Source: Phaeosaccion multiseriatum
Taxonomy: Eukaryota > Protista > Ochrophyta, other classes
Reading direction: 5' to 3'
Length of the DNA: 64,000 nucleotides
NCBI GenBank assembly: GCA_965112735.1
Contig: OZ218958.1
Coordinates: 3,410,001-3,474,000 of the forward strand
In this document: positions 51,301-61,581 of the stretch, one piece after another
Position numbering within the stretch: the stretch's first letter is position 1
How the letters are laid out: the number at the start of each line of letters is the position of its first letter
The notes under the pieces: model-generated
What the model was told of the DNA's origin: nothing
Seen by the model: the letters and a program-made list of their open reading frames with translations, nothing else
Database searches by the model: none
Position numbers and translations under genes: made by a program

Positions 51301-53036
51301 TGCCCAGCCAAGGCTACGCGCTGAGTCCTCACCACCAAAGTGGGCCTGCTTCCCATGCCCCTGACCCCCGTCCTGACACCCGCCATCCTGGAGGCTGAAG
51401 TTGTGTACACCACGGACACCGCTGGCGGTGCTTGGCGCCGGCTCGCAGGGCCCCACCCCCCCTGCCGTATCACCAACTGCTGCTCTCTCTGCTGCTGGGT
51501 GTGCTCCAGCGGCGTGGCGTGCTCTGTGCTCCACCGGAGGCTCTCGTCTCGTCCCCTTCCCTCGCCCTTTCCCCTTGCCGTGCCCTGCACTCGCACTTCC
51601 TCCTTACCCTCCTTATCCTCCTTGCGCCCCTCACCCTCTCCCTCACCGCCACCACCGCCGTCACCTCCCCCCCGCCTGTTTGTCCCTGTCTGTGTCTGTC
51701 CCTGTCCTTGTTCCTGTTCTTGTTCCTGTTCCTGTTCCTGTCCTTGTTCCTGTCGCTGTCCCTGACCTTGTCCCTGTCCCTGTCCCTGTGGCTGTGGCTC
51801 TCTCTCCCCCGTCCCTCCCGCCTCTGTGGTGAGAGCCTCTGTGGTGAGAGCCAGTCCATCCAAATGCGCGTAAGCGCCCCTCAGTGCGGCAAGCTGCTGC
51901 TGCTCCTCCGCACTCAGTACCATCTCCCCCTCTTCCTCCTCTTCCTCCTCTTCCTCCCCCTCATCTCCCTCCTCCTCCTCGTCCCCTTCCATTCCCTCCA
52001 AAATACGCGCCCCTAAGGTCCACTCCCACTTGCTGCGGCTGCTGCTGCTGCTGACCTCGCTGAGGCTCTCAGCTACATTTGTACCCGAATCCCGCCATCC
52101 CCTCCCCCTCGCCGGAGCTCCTTCCTCTCGACACACTTGCCTCCCACGGAAAAGAGACTCTTCAGCCGCCAGCTCCGGCCGGTTGCGTGGCGCGTCCCCC
52201 GCTCTCCCCTCCCTCTTCCCCTTCCCCTTCCCCTCCCCAGTCCCCACACGCTTCATTCCCTCGCCATTACCATCAACCTCCTGCAGTGCTCTACTGCCTT
52301 CACTCGACTCGGAGACTGAAGGTGTTTCTACTGCTGCTCCTCGGTGTGCACGTGCCGATGAAGATGTTTGGACCCTGACCTTGCCCCTTCTCTGCAGTAC
52401 GGGCCTCGCGTGTGTGGTGGTGTGCAGTGCCGTTGCATGGTGTAGAGCATCGACACTGTATCCACCCTCCTCTTCTCGTGCGGGGGCCTCTGTGGGGGCT
52501 GTAACGTCCGCAGCGAGGCTCGGGCTCGTGCCCGCGGCATCGACTGCAAGGCTCGTGGTATCGATTGCCCCAAACTCCGCCTTCAGACGAGCGGCAGCAG
52601 CAGCCGCAGCAGCAACACTCTTCCCACCTGTTGGGTGGCACTTTGCCACTGTCGCCCTGCCGCTGCGTATCTCCGCTTCCCCCCTACGGCTCTGCCTCGT
52701 CTCTCCGGCTTCAGGCCTCGCTCTCTTGCGCAAGGCCTTCGCCCTCTCCTTGGGCTCGGCCCCGCAGATCGCCGCCTTGGAGCTGGTCCTACCTCGATCT
52801 ATAGGCGGGAGAGGCCCCTCCTCATCGCGGCTGCTGTCGTTTTCCCTATTCTCTTTGCCTTTGCTGTCCTTCGTGCGCGCCTGTCTGCATCTCTTTCGAG
52901 GCTCTCGAGGGAAGGTGTTTGGCCGTCTCTTCTGCTGCTTGTCCTGTCCACAGCCCTCCACCTCAAGGGCCACGTTTTCCACCTGCAGCAGGCTCGCTCG
53001 AAGCGCCGCGACCGCCGCAGCTTCCGCTGGAGTCAT
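48357..53036 (-). CDS. WD40-repeat protein with a long disordered N-terminus (very long first exon plus ~3-4 small 3' exons)
   Basis: WD40 blades: SALCLSEGGDLMVTGDEQG, ALSCGDDGLLHL, FHGHTGFVTDCD...MSSGADGTVRVWDAR, VQLWDLR. The last exon reads HAFPVVCVAVAPSGLGLASADSSGIVKL. Confidence 0.78.
49365..49476. repeat. 36-bp tandem repeat x3 containing the hairpin GCATAG-AG-CTATGC; probably intronic
   Basis: Seen directly. It is flanked on the minus strand by CAG|GT (~49479) and CCAG| (~49337). Confidence 0.75.
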
Positions 53037-53217
53037 CGAAAGTGGGGAAGGCAGATGGAGGGTGTTCCCAAAAAGAAAAAACGAATAATAAGTCAATAAA
53101 TGCTTTGCTTTGCTTGACAGCCCTTGACGAAAGCCAAGTGCTCGCTGCTTGGCGCTCTTTGTAGTCCAAGGCCGCCGTGCAGCGCTGCCCCGACTTGAGA
53201 TGTATGATATGACATCC

Positions 53218-53413
53218 GAAATGGAGATCACACACGCATCGACCACGCGAACGTATCCTCTACGATGGCTATTGACACATCCGACGCCGCAGTCTGCGAA
53301 TTCAGCTGATACCGCCGAATACCGTAGCTGGAGGACACGACATTATCACAGACGGCGGTGCCGAAGGTGCCTATTCCCATATGGATGGTCGACGCGTGTG
53401 CGATCTCCATTTC
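53218..53413. mobile_element. MITE-like element, 196 bp, with 28-bp terminal inverted repeats
   Basis: GAAATGGAGATCACACACGCATCGACCA (53218-53245) matches the reverse complement of 53386-53413 with 2 mismatches. No clear TSD. Confidence 0.55.
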
Positions 53414-53735
53414 AGGGGAGGCGTGGCAAGGCACCCGTCATCACTCTTTAGAGGTACCCTTTAGAGGTACTTGGAGGTACCCTTTGGAGGTACCCTTTGG
53501 AGGTGCGGCGCCTTGCGTCCCCGTGTCACCTCCCCCGGACACGCCCTATACGACATAACTGCGGCAGCAGCGGGCGGTCCGAGCTGTGTACCGCTTCGCT
53601 TCACTTCACTTCACTGCACTTCACTTCACTTCGCTAGGGCTCCTCGAAGTCCTGAGGATTCCCTCCCCTCCCCTCCCTCGTCCCCTCCCATCCTCCCTCG
53701 CCTCCTCCCTCCCCTCCCCTCCCCTCCCCTCCTGA

Positions 53736-55825
53736 TCACACAGTCATGAGCTCCTCCTTCTTGCTCTTGGCGGCGCTGACGACCTTCCCATCGAAGGCCT
53801 TGGCGAGCTCCTCAATGTCCTTCTTCTTGCGGAACACGTCGTCCTTACCGAACAGCGACTGCACAGCCACAGAGACAGGCAGGGGCATATCGGCATGAGA
53901 CAGACTGCTGCGGGCCCTGTTTGAGGCTTTGAGGCCACTGCTGATGACAGGGCCGTGGGAGGCAAGAGCTCAAGAGCCCATCCCCTACACACTCCCCACC
54001 TGGGTTGATCCCCTCCCTCCCCCCGTCCACACAAGTCCATTCCCGAGGCTATCTCGCCCACCGGTTCTGCTCTACGCGCGACCTCCCATCCTGTCCGTAC
54101 ACAACCCCACCGTCTCCTTACGTTCTCACTTACTCACCTACTGTCTACCCACTGACTCATTGACGTACTTTTCTACCCACTGACTTACTTGTCTACCCAC
54201 TGACTTACTGACGTACCTCGTGTGACCTGAGCTTCTTCTCCACCTTATTAGTGATGCCTCTGAGGTGCACTCTTGCCTGCTCCCCCTGCTTGCCCACCAC
54301 CTTGGCGAGCGCCTCTCTTGTGTCCTTGGCCATCTTGGGGATCTTGATGCCCACTGTATTGCCCTCGATGGTGGGGTTGAGGGAGAGGCCCGTCCGTGCA
54401 GAGTCGTCTCGGATGGCGTCGGAAACCGCTGTGGTCAGGCTAGGGTCGTACACCTGTGTTGGGTGGGGTGGGCAGATGGCAGTGGATGGTGGTGGGTAGA
54501 TGGATTATGGATGGAAGCAGTGGATGGTTGTAGATGGATTGGTGGTAGTGGATGGCAGCAAATGGATGGGCAGATGGTGGCAGATGGGTGGGTGATGCGC
54601 AGCGAGGCACGGGTTGGGGTGAGGGAGGGGCGACGTGGTAGGGAGGAGGGAAGGGGCCGAGGGGGGGGGGGCTCGGGGTGCTGAAGCGGTAGACGGGTTG
54701 ACGGGTGGCATCAGGAAGGGAAGACCATGGAGCGATCCAGGGGAAGGGGGGCTTGTACAGGGCATGGATTTACCCCCTCACTTCCTCCCCACCAAAGGGA
54801 AGTGTTGTGGATCCGCCCGCCCCACAGAAGGGGCAACATCAACACCAGCACAACACCAGCACCCCCCCTTGCACATCCTCCCCGCTGTCCTCCCCTTCAC
54901 TGCCTGCCTCACTGCCTGCCTTTTGTTACCTGCGCCACGATGAGTTGCGGCCCCTTGACGGCAAGCTGCGCCACCTCTCCCATGGCCACGCTGGACCCAT
55001 ATGCCTCCACGCTGATGTGTTCGAACATGGATGCGTCCACCCTGCCTCCCCTGAGGCTCCGTAGCTCAGTCAGCAGGCCCTGCAACACCCGCTCGTAGCG
55101 CTGCCGTACCTCCTCGAGGTCGACGACGTCATCGACGGAGTCGTACTCCTCGTCAGGATCGGCTGAGTCCTGACGAAAACAGCGGTTTGGGGTAGAGCAA
55201 AGCAGAGGAGAGGGGTGGTGGTTGGTGATACAGCAGTTGGCCAGCAGCGGGAGAAGAGCGGAGCAGAGGAAGGACCGCCGGACGGACGCCGTCCAGGTCA
55301 GCCCCGTGTAGGCAGAGACTGCGAGGGAGGGGAGAGTTGCGGCAACGAACGCCCTCCTCTACCCTGACAGCATAAGTTTGTAGGCGGTACGCCGGTGGGC
55401 GATCTTACCTGTTTTGGCCCATCGTTCTTCTTGTGCTTGCCACGAACGTGCACTACTGGGCAGCCCCCGCCTCCGCCCGCCCTCCCTGCTCCCGCTGCGC
55501 CTAAAGGCTGCTGCTTCCCCCTTCCCCAGCCCCCCCCTTGCCTCGCTCCGGCAGAGCTCCAGCCGCGAAGGCGAGAGCCCCCTTCCGACGGGAGCCCTTC
55601 GCTTAGGCTTGGTGGTGCGGCCAGCGCGTAGAAAGTCCTCCCCAGCACCCCTGCAGCCCGGCAATTTTCTCGTAACCTTGTGCTGCGGCCCTCGGCCAAG
55701 AAGGTGGCGCTCTTCCTACTCCTACTGCTGCTCCCCCCCCCCGCAGCTACTCCTGCCGCCGCCGCCGCGCGATGCCTACAGCCCTGCGATCCCAATCTTG
55801 CTCCTGCCTGGCAACACCTTATCAT
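53736..55825 (-). CDS. MRRF: Organellar (probably mitochondrial) ribosome recycling factor; exons ~55825-55409, 55169-54930, 54452-54217, 53858-53736
   Basis: LRSLRGGRVDASMFEHISVEAYG...GEVAQLAV...VYDPSLTTAVSDAIR...LNPTIEGNTVGIKIPKMAKDTREALAK...ARVHLRGI...KKEELM, preceded by an Arg-rich presequence. Confidence 0.88.
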
Positions 55826-56110
55826 CTTCCAAGTCAAAATTCGTATGATGATTCTCTCGCTCCCAGCTTCCCGTGTTGGAACTCATTCACAGATGCCGCC
55901 TAACGTTTCGAAGATCGATAATCTTGGTTTTCCCCTCTCATACCCCTGACTTGGCCAAAGCCAAGGAGGACCTGAGGGGCAGTGAGTGAGTGCAGTGCAG
56001 TGAGACAAGGAGGGAGGCAGTGAGTGAGGCAGTGAGTGAGTGAATGCGAAGTGACTTGAGGTTGATGTGAGAACAACGCGCAGAAACAATTGCTCGGAGC
56101 GCCGCCCACG

Positions 56111-57238
56111 ATGCGGCGATTCCTTGCAGTGGTATGGTGTATATTCGGCGCCGTGGAGGCCGAGACTTCTCTTCCCCGCGGCTTCGACGAGTCCAGGTCT
56201 CTTTGTGTGGAGGCGTTAGGAGGAGCACAATCTCCTTTGGCGGCTGCATGCGATCACGTGACCCTCAATGTGAGAGGGTTACACCATGGCGGGACAGGCT
56301 TTGTGCGGCGCTCGCTTCAGCATTGGAGCGGGTTGGCCGCCAGCGTGGCCACGGGCAGTGGCGAATGGGAAGACGAAGGGCACCATATCGCCAACACGAC
56401 TGGGGTGCCGTACGAAGAGCTGATCACGCCCACGCACTGCCTCGGCTTGTACCTTGGCTCGGATCGCTGCACGGGGGGAGACCCCACCCCGTGCTACGAC
56501 ACCGAGTTTCCTCGTAAGCTCAACCCTGAGAGGGTAAGGCAGGTGTGGGCTAGCTGGGCGAAATACTGGGATATGCAATCGCCAATCCTCATCGAGAAGT
56601 CGCCCTTCCTCCTCACCGCGGCAGACGGAATGATCCCGCGCCTGAGCTTCACCGTGCTCGTCCTGAGGCACCCACTGGCCATGATGGAGACCAGGGGCTG
56701 CTTCAAGGGCCGGGGGAGGGGCACGGACAACTTGGCTCCCAGTGATGTGTTACCCTGGCTCCAGTACTGGACCAGCCGGGTGGAGCTGGGCATACGAGAG
56801 GCACCCGTGCCAGAGACCCTCATTGTTGTGCGCTATGAAGACATCGTGCGGTGGCCAAGGGCGATGGTCTGCGCCATCCTGCAGAGGGCCGGGGGGTTGC
56901 CCTGTGCGACCAAGGCGGAGGCGGAGGCAGGGGAGGCAAGTCGGAAGCTGTTCCTCCACACCGACCCCGAGGACCGATACTCCTTCCTGTGGACAAGCTA
57001 CGCCGCGAAGGCTCTGGCCGTGTGTAAGGACAACTCTCCGTGTTGGCATGATCTGCAGGAGGCAGAGGCGGTACTACAGGGCAAGTTTGGGTACCGCGTG
57101 ACCCAAGCAGTGGTGCCGGACGGGCAGGACCAGCCGCAGTTGTTGGTCAAGAATGAGGAGACGCGGCTGTTTTCGTGGGTGCCGGTGGAGCGGCGGCTCG
57201 TCCACTCGTCCTCGGACTATCTTCAGGGCAAATTGTAA
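56111..57238 (+). CDS. Intronless secretory-pathway P-loop sulfotransferase-like protein
   Basis: Signal peptide MRRFLAVVWCIFGAVEA. Family-like motifs: 5'-PSB-like GLHHGGT, EKSP, VLRHPL and VRYEDIV. Confidence 0.75.
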   Translation: MRRFLAVVWCIFGAVEAETSLPRGFDESRSLCVEALGGAQSPLAAACDHVTLNVRGLHHGGTGFVRRSLQHWSGLAASVATGSGEWEDEGHHIANTTGVPYEELITPTHCLGLYLGSDRCTGGDPTPCYDTEFPRKLNPERVRQVWASWAKYWDMQSPILIEKSPFLLTAADGMIPRLSFTVLVLRHPLAMMETRGCFKGRGRGTDNLAPSDVLPWLQYWTSRVELGIREAPVPETLIVVRYEDIVRWPRAMVCAILQRAGGLPCATKAEAEAGEASRKLFLHTDPEDRYSFLWTSYAAKALAVCKDNSPCWHDLQEAEAVLQGKFGYRVTQAVVPDGQDQPQLLVKNEETRLFSWVPVERRLVHSSSDYLQGKL

Positions 57239-57421
57239 AGTTGCATATATTGTCAATACGTATGGGGTTGTGGTTGTTTCGTTTGTTTGACACCTTTCGA
57301 GCTGTCGAGCGGTGCGTTTGTTGCGAGAGTGATAGCGTTGGTGCGTTTGTAAGACCCTTAATTATTATTAAGTGTTTTTTCAGACCCCTCTTTCACAAAC
57401 AATGTCTTAGTTTTAGTTTAA

Positions 57422-57783
57422 CACTCGATTTGCGTAAGAATCGCCCAAATCGCCCCCATTATTGTTGGACACTTGTAGCAGAATGACGCTGGGAAAAGCG
57501 CTACAGCTCTTCTTATAACTCTTTGAAATGCCTATCGATCCATAGTCTTTCGGCTTTCTTCTCTTTTTCCCTTCCCTACTTGTCAGCATTTCTGCAAGAG
57601 TCGACCCCTGATACACTATCCGCTATCCGCTATCGCCGGCGCCAGCCGGCTTTGGGGGGGGGGGTGTTGGAGCGTGCTATCGAGAATGTGGCGATAGTGT
57701 ATCAGGGGTCGACAAGAGCACTCCTCCTTGCCGCTCGACCCCCAAAAACGGGCGATTTGGGAGAGTCTTACGCAAATAGAGTG
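57422..57783. mobile_element. Non-autonomous DNA transposon (piggyBac-like MITE), 362 bp
   Basis: 34-bp TIRs CACTCGATTTGCGTAAGAATCGCCCAAATCGCCC with 3 mismatches. Flanks are TTAA (left) and TTCA (right). A perfect internal 21-bp inverted repeat lies at 57600-57620 / 57693-57713. Confidence 0.75.
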
Positions 57784-57945
57784 TTCAAAATATAATTTAA
57801 AAGGATTTTCGGGCCCCTGCTTAGCCTGCTACAGTCTTTCCCTTTCCCGCGCTGCTCATGGCTGAAGGCCTAGGCCCAATCGCCGGTCCGCCTTCTTCTT
57901 TTTCATTGCCTATGCCTGGGCCATTATTGACATACTGACGACGGA

Positions 57946-59527
57946 ATGACAGTCATGATTCTTACCAGCAAGATACTATCTCAAGAAGAAAAAAAAATGT
58001 TTATTCCCGTCAGTACTATGACTGAGTTAGGAAGGATAGGGATGCTGGCAGGCAGGGCGTTGCAAAGGTTCAGTAATAGGGCATGGCAAAGGGGAGAAAG
58101 TAATACAACGCAGGAAGAAGATGCACGGGCAGCAGAAGCTCAATCACCATGGGAAGTGTTACTACTAGCAGCAAAATCACAAGCAGCAAAGAAGAAAGAT
58201 GCACTGGCAACAGCAAGACTGGCAGAAGCACACGTAGAAGTAATGAGATGTGAAGCGGAGCTGTGCACAGCGAAAAAGCGCTGCGAGGAGTATTACAACA
58301 CCAACCCCCCCCCCGCGTTTGAACCTCTACAACATCAGGGACAACAAAGAGACGTAGTAAGGGCAGCATGCCACAATGCAAGAGAAAAAGCACAAGCAGC
58401 AGAAGAAGCAGCACGAACAGCAAAAGAAGCAGCCGAACAAGAAGCGGAGGTGATGAAGAAGCTGGCTGATTCAACAGGGGAGGACGCAGCAAAGGCAGAA
58501 AGAGAATGCTCAACACTATCCATCGCACAGAAGGCGTTTATTGGGTGGGAAAGAGTCAAAGGTGAGTAAGGGGGGTGAGGGGGAAGGGGTTGGACCAGTA
58601 CTCGTAGAGAGAGAGAGGCAGACAGCAAGAAGCTGCCTTAGCCAACGGACTCTGGCGAACATGCTCGGTTGGCTGAGAAGAATCCACCCGCCGCAAACGC
58701 CCTTCCTGTTCCCCATTTCGTCATTTTGTCTCTTCTCTCATTCCCCTTTTGCGTCTTCTCTGGACTGACTTGTTTGGCTCGTTGCAGACCGAGCGGGGGG
58801 CGAGTCCCTGGAAGCCCTCTACGCACGAGCCTCGGGGCAGCAGGACCACCTGGACAGCGCCCTCTTGACCATCACGGCCTTCTACGGGGCCTTTCTCTGG
58901 TTTTTGCTGAATCAAACTCGACTCATCTGGCAAGAGTATGTCGACAATCCCACTGACGATAAAGCGGTGTCTTGGTCCCCCCAGCAAAAAGTAGATACTG
59001 GATACATACCCTGCTACGTGGAAACGCATGTCGAATTCTACATCTACACGTACGGCCTGCTTTTCGCGTACGTGGTGCTGGTCCTTGTGGTGGCCCTCGT
59101 TGACAAACACATGGGAACAACCGAGACCGTGCGAGGGTATGAAGCCATATTGCTGGTCGCATGTGGAAGGGTTGACAAGGCGACCAAGGATGAGGCAATC
59201 AATGAGATGCTGGGAAATGCACATGATGCCTTCAAAGCGAAGTTCTTCGTTGTGGCGCTGTTTGTTGTGGCGTCCGGCTTGAACACGTTGGGCGAACTCT
59301 TCTTCCACATGAGCGGTGGGTCATGTACCTTCAGCGCTGAGAGATGGTGGTATACTGGGTTTATCCCACATATTGTTCTCCAGGCGTGGATTGTTTTTCG
59401 GTCCAAGTCTCTCCGGACGGACCGGCGAAGTTTACCGGTCATGGTAGGTTCGCTTCTTGGTATTGGGGCATACTCCGTTCTGATGGGATTATCAAACAGG
59501 AAAAACGGTATGTCGTTCACCCATTGA
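57946..59527 (+). CDS. Hypothetical protein: N-terminal coiled coil plus ~4-5 TM helices; exons ~57946-58561 and 58788-59527
   Basis: The AAAG|GTGAGT donor and TTGCAG| acceptor join the two ORFs in phase (VK-D-RAGGESL...LLTITAFYGAFLW). The start codon is uncertain. Confidence 0.62.
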
Positions 59528-59932
59528 GATGTTTACGGGGGAGAAGCACAGAGGGAGTGGAGACGGGCACTCTCCAACAAAAGAGGTGATGCGACACCGA
59601 TAGTCTAACTGTCTAATAGAGCAAGACAGCGGACGCCTGGGCTGGTCATATCTGTGTGTATTGGCGAGAACGAGCACACACCCGATGGGCGCGTGGGAGG
59701 CTTAGGCACAACTAGGGCAAGGGCAAGTTTCTTTTTAATTTTCATTAAAAAAAAAATAATACTAGTAATAATTTCTAAATGAAGTATTGGATGATCTGTA
59801 AGGCCCGGTGGAAGCGCATCGCCCCCCGCCCCCCTTCACTACCTACAACCCACCTCTCTCCTCGCTACTGCTCTACTCCCCTCCCCCCTCCCCTCCCCCC
59901 TCCCCTCCCCCCTCCCCCCTCCTCCCTCCTCT

Positions 59933-61297
59933 CTACTTGACCCCCAGCACGCCTTCAAAGTACTTCCACGACACGGAAAAGAAGGCCCCCTGCAGCGCGT
60001 TGACCAAGAGCCGCGTCTGCAACCCCCTGCCCAGCAGCCCAAATACCCCGTCCTTGGCCAGAATGCTCTTGTAAATCTCGGCGTAGGTGGTGGCCTCTGG
60101 CGCGGTCTGCTTGGTCGTCTTGACCACCCGCAGGGAGTTGCTGCACGTGTCGCTGACACAGGAGGCGCACAGTCCGAGTAGGGCGGTGCGCAACAGTTTC
60201 AGAAGGGTGTCGCCAACAGGGGCCTGCGGCAGCGCGTCTTGCAAGTAGTTGTATGTGAGGTACCAGGGGAAGTGCCCCACGCAGGTGGCGGCAGAGGCGG
60301 CCAGCGCGCCTTCGAAGAGCACCTGCACGCCTCCTTTGTCTATCTTGGCCTTGAGCAGCCCCAGCCCGGCCCGGCCCTCCACCTGCATGTTAGTCTTAAG
60401 CGTGTCCAGCGGCAAGATGACGACGCGCCACATGCCGGCCACTACGGCGGCACAGGCGGCCTTGATGGGGAGGGGCAAGCCCTGCGTGGAGTCCAAGGAG
60501 TCGAGCAAGAGCAGCACCCCCGCACTTGCCGCCACGTCTCCGAAGCGTGACATGGGCCCCTGCACGAGGGCCACGGGCAGCCCTTGGTAGAAGCGAGTAA
60601 AGCCCCCCTCGGCCCACAGCTTGCTCATAGCGGCCTTCGTGTTGCTACCGAACCTGTATTGGTAGTTCATCGTGGTGCGCAGCGGGATGAAGGCCACCAC
60701 CTGTACCGCCGCGGCAGAGGCTCCCGATGCGCCGCCCCCCAAGGCCCGCTTTGCCGCCTTTCCAAAGATGGCCTGCGTCGTCTCCACCTGAGGCTGACTC
60801 ACTGCAGCCGCGCTTCCCTCCGCCGCCACCGCATCAGCTGCCCCGCTTCCTAGACACGTGGCGGCGAGGAGCACTGCTGGCCCGGCTGCAGCTCCGTGCA
60901 ATAGCGCACCCCTTCTCGACATGGGCTGACTCCAGGCACCACTCCAGGCAGGAGAGGAGGCAGCGGCAGAAGCAGCATCATCGCTCGAGGGCCTTCGTCG
61001 TGAAAGAGAGCGCTCCTCTCCTTCCACTGGGGCGGCAGCTTCTTGTACTGTAGCTCTCTCCCCATTTTGCACCCCCCTTCTCCTATTCCTCCTCCTCCTC
61101 CTCCCTCCCTCTCTGTACGTTTTGTTGGCACCTCTCGCTGCCTCCAATCCTCTCTCGCTCCTACGAGTGGCCCTCCTTGCGCCCTGTGATGCTTCATGCG
61201 GGACAATACCTCGGCCCTTCACCACCCCCGGCTGGTACGCATTGACTGTGTGCTGCAGAAACAGAACACAGCAGCAACAGCTGAGGGAGAGCCTCAT
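59933..61297 (-). CDS. Intronless mitochondrial-carrier-family (SLC25) protein with a long N-terminal targeting extension
   Basis: Three carrier repeats: PLRTTMNYQY...GGFTRFYQG, PLDTLKTNMQ...GGVQVLFEG and SLRVVKTTKQ...DGVFGLLGRG. Confidence 0.9.
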   Translation of the reverse strand: MRLSLSCCCCVLFLQHTVNAYQPGVVKGRGIVPHEASQGARRATRRSERGLEAARGANKTYREGGRRRRRNRRRGVQNGERATVQEAAAPVEGEERSLSRRRPSSDDAASAAASSPAWSGAWSQPMSRRGALLHGAAAGPAVLLAATCLGSGAADAVAAEGSAAAVSQPQVETTQAIFGKAAKRALGGGASGASAAAVQVVAFIPLRTTMNYQYRFGSNTKAAMSKLWAEGGFTRFYQGLPVALVQGPMSRFGDVAASAGVLLLLDSLDSTQGLPLPIKAACAAVVAGMWRVVILPLDTLKTNMQVEGRAGLGLLKAKIDKGGVQVLFEGALAASAATCVGHFPWYLTYNYLQDALPQAPVGDTLLKLLRTALLGLCASCVSDTCSNSLRVVKTTKQTAPEATTYAEIYKSILAKDGVFGLLGRGLQTRLLVNALQGAFFSVSWKYFEGVLGVK

Positions 61298-61581
61298 CCC
61301 CTCTCTCGCTTTCGCCCCCCCCTACAGAGCGAGAAGAGCAGCAGCAACAGCGCTCCACCAGCAGCAACGTAGAGGATACAAGATCAGAGCAGAGTAGGGC
61401 ACAGCAGAGAAGAGCGGCCGAGCAGCAAAGGAAGGAAGGGGGCAAAGACAACTCCGGCAAAATGTATAGCGCATGAGCATTCATTTTCTATGTCAACAAT
61501 CGAGGGCAGCCGAAGACCGCCGATCTTCTCGAAGGCTCGGCCGTTCAATTTCTCGTGTTGCTCTCTGTCTTGCTTGTCGCC

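Noticed and set aside
53037-53246. N-terminal 70 aa of the 1327-aa ORF
   Set aside because: It starts at a non-ATG codon inside the inverted-repeat element. The ATG at 53036 is the more plausible start.
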